Below, piece after piece: positions 58,773-64,000 of a stretch of 64,000 nt of DNA (positions are counted from its first letter, which is position 1; every line of letters begins with the position of its first letter). The DNA comes from Silvibacterium sp. (GTDB lineage Bacteria > Acidobacteriota > Terriglobia > Terriglobales > Acidobacteriaceae). The notes below the pieces were generated by a model. The model was given only the letters and a program-made list of their open reading frames with translations. It was not told the DNA's origin and searched no databases. The stretch is taken from contig JAFAKX010000110.1 of assembly GCA_019234945.1 (NCBI GenBank), forward strand, positions 9,880 to 73,879, read 5' to 3'. The position numbers and the translations under genes are program-made.

Positions 58773-59285
58773 GTGCTCTACCTGCTCGACGCAAACGTGC
58801 TGATTACCGCCAACAGTACTTATTACCCGCTAGATCAAGTCCCAGAATTTTGGAGCTGGGTTCATTATCAGGCCGCTTCAAATCGGATAAAAATTCCGCG
58901 TGAAATCATGGACGAGATAAAAGCGGGACGTAAGGATGCCGATCCGCTACTCGACTGGATTTCTACCGCTGAGATTGCAACTGCCTTGCTGCTTGATGAG
59001 GCCGTTGATGTTGCGCTCGTGCAACATGTCGTCTCTTCTGGGTATGCGGCGGATCTTAGTGATGATGAAGTTGAAAAGATCGGGCGCGACCCGTTCCTGA
59101 TAGCATACGCGCTCGTTGATCCCCCAGGCAGAACGGTTGTGACAACCGAAACTTCAAGGCCGTCGACACAACGCGCGAATCGTAAGGTTCCTGATGTATG
59201 TCAAGCCTTAGGCGTACAAAGCTGCAATACCTTTGCACTCAATAAGGCACTCAGCTTTAGAACGGGTTGGAGGACAACCGGCTAA
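58773..59285 (+). CDS. DUF4411-family PIN-like protein
   Basis: YLLDANVLI..YY...FWSW, DPFLIAYA, VVTTE, KVPDVC. Confidence 0.85.
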   Translation: MLYLLDANVLITANSTYYPLDQVPEFWSWVHYQAASNRIKIPREIMDEIKAGRKDADPLLDWISTAEIATALLLDEAVDVALVQHVVSSGYAADLSDDEVEKIGRDPFLIAYALVDPPGRTVVTTETSRPSTQRANRKVPDVCQALGVQSCNTFALNKALSFRTGWRTTG

Positions 59286-59359
59286 GTGTTCCCGCAAATC
59301 TGCTAGCGATCTGAGCCCATATGCGTTTTCCCGGGACCTACCATACCTCGGGTGCTACT

Positions 59360-60205
59360 TCAATTGGCTTGAGCTTCTCGCATAAACTCCTTGTACCGGC
59401 TGGCAATCTTCGTTTGCCATGCTTTCGCTTTCTCGCTAAGATCCATACGGTATCCGCGATCCGCCATTCGCTTCCAAAACTGCGGCTCCTCAGCTGAGTC
59501 CAAGAACACTAGTTCCGTGACTTGGTAGGTCAGCCATAGGATACTCACTAGGGCCCCCAAGCAATACCAGAGGTCGGATTCGTCTTGCGTATACGCAATC
59601 CCCTTCTGAACAAAGCGAAAGGGTCGGCCTATGTGAGCAAAGTCTGTGCTGAGAGTCCCGTAGACGCTGCCGAACTGAGGCATGAGTTCCTTTGCAGATT
59701 TGAAGGTTTTCGTGGAGATCAACTCATCCTTTTCGAATTTTTCCAACTCGTCTGGGTGAATAGCGAGGTGGAGAGTAACGCTGAGTGCCTCCATGCAGTT
59801 GCGCATACATTGGTAGGGCTGCAAACGCCATCCTGTTCGTAGCAGCGAGAATGCAGCGGTGAATGACTTTAGAGCGTTCGAGAGGACTCGAAAAAGAACA
59901 ATCCGAACGTGATCGTTCTCGTTCTCGGCGTTCTTAGAGCCTGCGAGAAGCAAGACTGATATTGAACCGTATAACTTCTCCAAGTCTGCGACATGTTCAC
60001 GGCACATTTCGTCAAAGCCGTTCGCAATTACTCGTGCCTCCCGTTCAACGCGATTCATCAGCATGTTGGGGGCTGGTGCGTAGAGCACTGGTGGGGATCG
60101 CCGCTCAGATTGGCCATCAGCATGGGGTGCAACGGCACCGTGGCAGTGCTTGTATTTCTTGCCGCTGTTACACGGGCATGGATCGTTCCGGTGGGTTTTA
60201 GTCAC
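59360..60205 (-). CDS. SEC-C motif protein
   Basis: RNDPCPCNSGKKYKHCHG followed by an uncharacterised helical domain. Confidence 0.75.
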   Translation of the reverse strand: MTKTHRNDPCPCNSGKKYKHCHGAVAPHADGQSERRSPPVLYAPAPNMLMNRVEREARVIANGFDEMCREHVADLEKLYGSISVLLLAGSKNAENENDHVRIVLFRVLSNALKSFTAAFSLLRTGWRLQPYQCMRNCMEALSVTLHLAIHPDELEKFEKDELISTKTFKSAKELMPQFGSVYGTLSTDFAHIGRPFRFVQKGIAYTQDESDLWYCLGALVSILWLTYQVTELVFLDSAEEPQFWKRMADRGYRMDLSEKAKAWQTKIASRYKEFMREAQAN

Positions 60206-60244
60206 CGAGTTTTCTTCCCCTCCGAGGAGTCTTGCTTGCTGACC

Positions 60245-60378
60245 AGTTGATGTCTCCGACCATCATGGAGTTGATTGGCTTTTCGAGCAGTGCGCATTCG
60301 GGATTCCGCATCCCGTTGCACACGTTCGTGGACTGTTTCCCGGAAATCTCTCGTCAGGATCGTTGAGTTCTTTTTCAC
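60245..60378 (-). pseudogene. Frameshifted N-terminal fragment of an addiction-module HTH antitoxin
   Basis: LTRDFRETVHERVQRD, then a shifted frame ALLEKPINSMMVGDI. Confidence 0.55.
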
Positions 60379-60409
60379 TCGACTATTCTCTCCTACGTTT
60401 TCTCACGCT

Positions 60410-60640
60410 CTGAGGGGATGGTGACTCCGATTCCGATCAGGACGGCCGTCGAGATCAGCACCTTGGCGATGGCGAGGAGTTTGTTGGGCTCGTCGGCGGA
60501 GGGAATTACAGACAGGACGATCGTCAGGGAGAGGAGCCCAATGGAGGCGAGGGGGTGATGGCGACGGGGCGGCCTCCGGGGACGCGGATGGTGTCGGGCG
60601 CGGCTCGATTTTGCTGAAAGACCTCATCGCGAGAGGTAGG
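60410..60640 (-). pseudogene. 3' fragment of an APC-family amino acid permease
   Basis: Pieced frames: DTIRVPGGRPVAIT / LASIGLLS / LTIVLSVIPSADEPNKLLAIAKVLISTAVLIGIGV. Confidence 0.6.
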
Positions 60641-60724
60641 TTTCTCTGGAGTGAACTAGAGCAAATCCTGAGAAGGTGTGTCCTTTTGAGTGTTGTTCAA
60701 GGTTGCCGCTCCCTGATGGTCGCG

Positions 60725-61843
60725 TCAACTTGGGTATTGCGGTTTCGGGATACAGCATCTCAGGATTTGCTGTAGCCCGGCACGAAGGTGACTGCGCCGC
60801 TTTTGGACGGCGGTGGCGAGTTCATGCAAGAGTGTGTGGGTCTCAGGCCAGTCGATGCAGGCGTCGGTGATGCTTTGTCCATAGACAAGCGCCTTACCGC
60901 TTACGAGAGTCTGCGACCCGGCAACGAGATTGCTTTCCATCATGACACCCATGATGCGGTGTTCCCCGTTCGTGATCTGTTCTGCCACGGCGCGGCATAC
61001 TGAGCCTTGCTTGCGATGGTCTTTGCCGCTGTTTGCATGGCTGCAGTCAATCATGATGCGGGGTTTGACGCCTGTCTTTTCCATCTGCTCAACGGTCGAA
61101 GCGACGGAGGCTGCATCGTAGTTGGTGATCTGCCGGCCACCGCGCAGGATGATGTGGCAGTCCGAATTGCCAGAAGTAAGCAGGATCGCGGATTGTCCCG
61201 TTTCCGAGGTGCCGAGGAAGGTATGTGGATGGCTCGCCGACAGGATGGCCTCAATCGCAATTTGTACATTGCCGGACGTGCCGTTCTTGAAGCCTACCGG
61301 ACAAGAGAGGCCAGAGGCGAGCTGGCGGTGGACCTGACTCTCGGTTGTTCGCGCGCCGATGGCTCCCCAGCTTACGAGGTCAGAGACGTATTGGGGCGAG
61401 ATCATGTCGAGGAATTCAGTGCCGGCGGGTACGCCCATCTCGGCCAAATCAAGAAGGAGGCGGCGGGCAATACGCAATCCGTCACTGATACGAAACGATT
61501 CATCAAAGTAAGGATCGTTGATCAATCCCTTCCAGCCGAGCGTGGTACGCGGTTTCTCGAAATACACACGCATGACAATGAGAAGATCGCTGGAAAGCTC
61601 GGCGATAGCCTCCCTCAGAAATCCCGCATATTCCCTGGCAGCAATCGGATCGTGAATGGAACAGGGTCCAACAACGACGAGGAGGCGATCGTCTGATCCG
61701 TTGAGAATCTCTACAATCTGCCGCCGCGCTTCGAAGACGGTGCGAGAAGCGCTCTCTGTAACAGGCATTTCCTCCTCAAGGAAAATTGGAGGAATGACGA
61801 CTCTACTGGATCTGATCCTGAGGTTGTTTGTGGGATACGCCAT
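60725..61843 (-). CDS. aroG: DAHP synthase, class I-alpha (AroG/AroF/AroH type)
   Basis: GPCSIHD, RVYFEKPRT, IGARTTESQ, GFKNGT, IDCSHANS, SITDACI. Confidence 0.92.
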   Translation of the reverse strand: MAYPTNNLRIRSSRVVIPPIFLEEEMPVTESASRTVFEARRQIVEILNGSDDRLLVVVGPCSIHDPIAAREYAGFLREAIAELSSDLLIVMRVYFEKPRTTLGWKGLINDPYFDESFRISDGLRIARRLLLDLAEMGVPAGTEFLDMISPQYVSDLVSWGAIGARTTESQVHRQLASGLSCPVGFKNGTSGNVQIAIEAILSASHPHTFLGTSETGQSAILLTSGNSDCHIILRGGRQITNYDAASVASTVEQMEKTGVKPRIMIDCSHANSGKDHRKQGSVCRAVAEQITNGEHRIMGVMMESNLVAGSQTLVSGKALVYGQSITDACIDWPETHTLLHELATAVQKRRSHLRAGLQQILRCCIPKPQYPS

Positions 61844-62084
61844 GGCTACCCGATCAGAATACTAGGGATGGCTTGCCGGAACCCCACGGCTCGACCAGGA
61901 TGCGTGTTGGGATGTTCATCACCCGTCAGGCGATAGTTGGGGCCGGAAAAGGGCCAAAACTCCCGAAACCAAGGGTGTTCACGAAAGCCTCACTACGGTA
62001 ACTTGCCAAGACCTTTCACTTAAAATAGCCTCTCAGCAAATTATCAGTAATACATACGTATGACTCTTGAATCGGACTTCCTGA

Positions 62085-63434
62085 TTGTGCGCGGATTGCT
62101 GTCTTTTTTTGGAGGAAAGTGTGTTCCATCGCAGCAAATGCGCTCTCAATCCCTTAGCAAAACATCTCTTTACCGTCAGTCTCCTGACCTTCGGCGGCTT
62201 TGCCATCTTCGCCACAGCCGCCCAGGCATTCGGACAGACTTCGACATTTAAGGTTCAGTCCGCCCGCGCTTATGATTTCCTCAACTCAGAGGGGGTCAAC
62301 ACGCATTTCGCCACTGATCCCCCTTATTATCAGCAATCCGCTGCTCTCATCGCCAGAATTAAGGCATTGCACATTCGCCATATCCGGGACGGGCTGGCGT
62401 ACTACGGGGCGCCACCGAATCTCTACGCAATCCACTCTCAACTGGCCTCGGACGGAGTCTCCGCGGACCTTATCGTGCCATATCCGACAACCGCTGGCCC
62501 CACGCCGCAATCGATCGAGGCCCTCCTTCCGAACTATCCCGCAGTCGAGGCGATCGAGGGGCCAAATGAGTACGACAGCGTCGGCAATGGGCAATGGGTA
62601 TCCGCGCTCCTTAACTATCTGCCCTCCATCTGGACCGTCGGTCAGGACCGCAGAGTTCCCGTTTTTGGGCCTTCCCTCACCCAGATCTCCTCGTACGGCG
62701 CGTTAGGCAACGTCTCGGCCTATATCAGCGATGGCAACTATCACGCCTATTGGGGAGGACGCAATCCTGAAACAACCGGGTGGGGAGGTCCGGATGCCAG
62801 CGGTAATTACTATGGGTCGCTTCCCTATGACCTGGACGAACTCGCCATCGATAGTCCCGGACGCCCTGTGGTCATCACCGAAACCGGATATTTTGTAAAC
62901 AACACGCCCTCCCAGAACATCATTCCGGAAAGTGTTGAGGCCATTTACGAGCCTCGGCTCTTCCTGCATTGCTGGAACATGGGCATCAAGCGAACCTATG
63001 TCTATGAGCTGATGGACAACCCTCCCTCTATGACCTTCGGTCTGCTTCGCTATGATCTTTCACCGCGACCGGCCTACACCGCGCTCTCCACGCTCAACTC
63101 CCTGCTTGCGGACTCTTCCGCCAGCTTCACGCCTCAGACACTCACCTATTCGCTTTCCGGCAATACCGACGGCCTCGAAACCACACTTCTTCAAAAGCAC
63201 GACGGCTCATTCTGGTTGGCTATCTGGGAGAACGCTGCAATCTACGACGTCAATGCGGTGGCGCCTATTGCCGTTTCGCCCGCGACCGTGACCCTCTCGG
63301 TCCCGCAGGGTCTGTTGATCAAGGGCGTCTGGACCCTCAACAGTGCCGGAACCGCAACCTCCGTGACGGTCAACACTAATGCGGTCAAACTGTCCATTCA
63401 ACCAGCGGTCACTCTCGTCAAGATCTCGAAATGA
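62085..63434 (+). CDS. Secreted clan GH-A glycoside hydrolase-like protein
   Basis: GVNTHF, HIRDG, EGPNEYD (acid/base), VITETGY (nucleophile); start uncertain. Confidence 0.7.
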   Translation: MCADCCLFLEESVFHRSKCALNPLAKHLFTVSLLTFGGFAIFATAAQAFGQTSTFKVQSARAYDFLNSEGVNTHFATDPPYYQQSAALIARIKALHIRHIRDGLAYYGAPPNLYAIHSQLASDGVSADLIVPYPTTAGPTPQSIEALLPNYPAVEAIEGPNEYDSVGNGQWVSALLNYLPSIWTVGQDRRVPVFGPSLTQISSYGALGNVSAYISDGNYHAYWGGRNPETTGWGGPDASGNYYGSLPYDLDELAIDSPGRPVVITETGYFVNNTPSQNIIPESVEAIYEPRLFLHCWNMGIKRTYVYELMDNPPSMTFGLLRYDLSPRPAYTALSTLNSLLADSSASFTPQTLTYSLSGNTDGLETTLLQKHDGSFWLAIWENAAIYDVNAVAPIAVSPATVTLSVPQGLLIKGVWTLNSAGTATSVTVNTNAVKLSIQPAVTLVKISK

Positions 63435-63554
63435 CGCGCAGGTCTGAGGATGCGGTGCTTGAATCACGCTTGGTGTTCTTCAGGCTGAGCTTGCTTCTCC
63501 GGTGTAAAGATCGCCATTGCGACCGTCGTCGCCCGGGCTAGGGCTCTCAACTAC

Positions 63555-63592
63555 CCCACTCAAGCCAACACCGGGCTTGAGTGGGCCACCCG
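63555..63592 (-). repeat. REP-like palindrome, sister of 1074-1110
   Basis: CCCACTCAAGCC-N7-GGCTTGAGTGGG-CCACCCG. Confidence 0.8.
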
Positions 63593-63611
63593 TCCGACCT
63601 CGTTTGCATTG

Positions 63612-64000
63612 TCACACTGGAACTGTCGTTGGAACAATCGCGGTTGCGTCGTTTGCGCGCACCGATTGTTTGAGCGTGGAGGGATCGACACCTCGACGTG
63701 TAGCCCATTCGGACAAGTTCTTGGGCCGGTATGTTTCATCACTCCGCCAGCGGTCGAAGACAGTTGCATCAATGGTTTCGTTGATGGTGGATGTCACCGC
63801 GTCCCCGGTGTCCAGCGGTTCGGCTCCGATAGGTCTATAGTAATGCTTCCCAAGGGTCAATATTTCATAGATACCGTGTGCCATTTCAGCCAAGGAGTTA
63901 TGGATGGGACAGGTATTTTCGTTACCATCGATTACAACACCGTCCTTGAATTCGAGTCCGTGCGCGATGGCTTTGCTCATCATCCACTCGAGCGGGATTT
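63612..64000 (-). CDS. DUF2235 (Tle1-like alpha/beta hydrolase) C-terminus, 5' end outside window
   Basis: IPLEWMMSKA..GL.F, RPIG, NETIDATVFDRW...YRPKNL. Confidence 0.7.
   Translation of the reverse strand, partial: IPLEWMMSKAIAHGLEFKDGVVIDGNENTCPIHNSLAEMAHGIYEILTLGKHYYRPIGAEPLDTGDAVTSTINETIDATVFDRWRSDETYRPKNLSEWATRRGVDPSTLKQSVRANDATAIVPTTVPV

Noticed and set aside
61945-62010. Loose resemblance to a c-di-GMP-I riboswitch upstream of the glycoside hydrolase
   Set aside because: Only scattered words match (CAAAAC, GAAA, ACGAAAGCC, TTGCC); there is no proper P2 stem or tetraloop receptor.

Overview
High-GC bacterial chromosome segment. Gene content (Oar-type TonB receptor, ftsK, mqnC, hemL, pheS-pheT-zapB-zapA, nrdR, ypdA, DUF481 barrel) points to an Acidobacteriota (Terriglobia-like) genome; this is an inference. 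Bases 1-55 kb are mostly housekeeping and envelope genes punctuated by TA modules and repeats. Bases ~55.5-64 kb are an accessory patch with duplicated membrane proteins, an HTH-IrrE peptidase plus DUF4411/PIN pair, gene relics, aroG, a secreted clan-A glycoside hydrolase and a DUF2235 gene. The most striking unexplained structures are non-coding. (1) A ~210-235 bp element occurs three times (1.5, 44.7, 55.3 kb) with a near-invariant 34-nt head, a GC hairpin, three 25-bp imperfect palindromes at fixed 28-29/41-bp spacing and a GGGGAGGGG tail. (2) A four-helix-bundle gene sits in the pheS/pheT junction between inverted octamer tandem repeats and ATGA direct repeats, with an ORF-less copy after pheT. 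(3) A palindromic repeat is translated in frame inside pheT. A GC-skew flip appears to coincide with the element copy after zapA. No rRNA, tRNA, CRISPR array, integrase or transposase was recognised. Functional calls come from motif recognition by eye, with no database searches.
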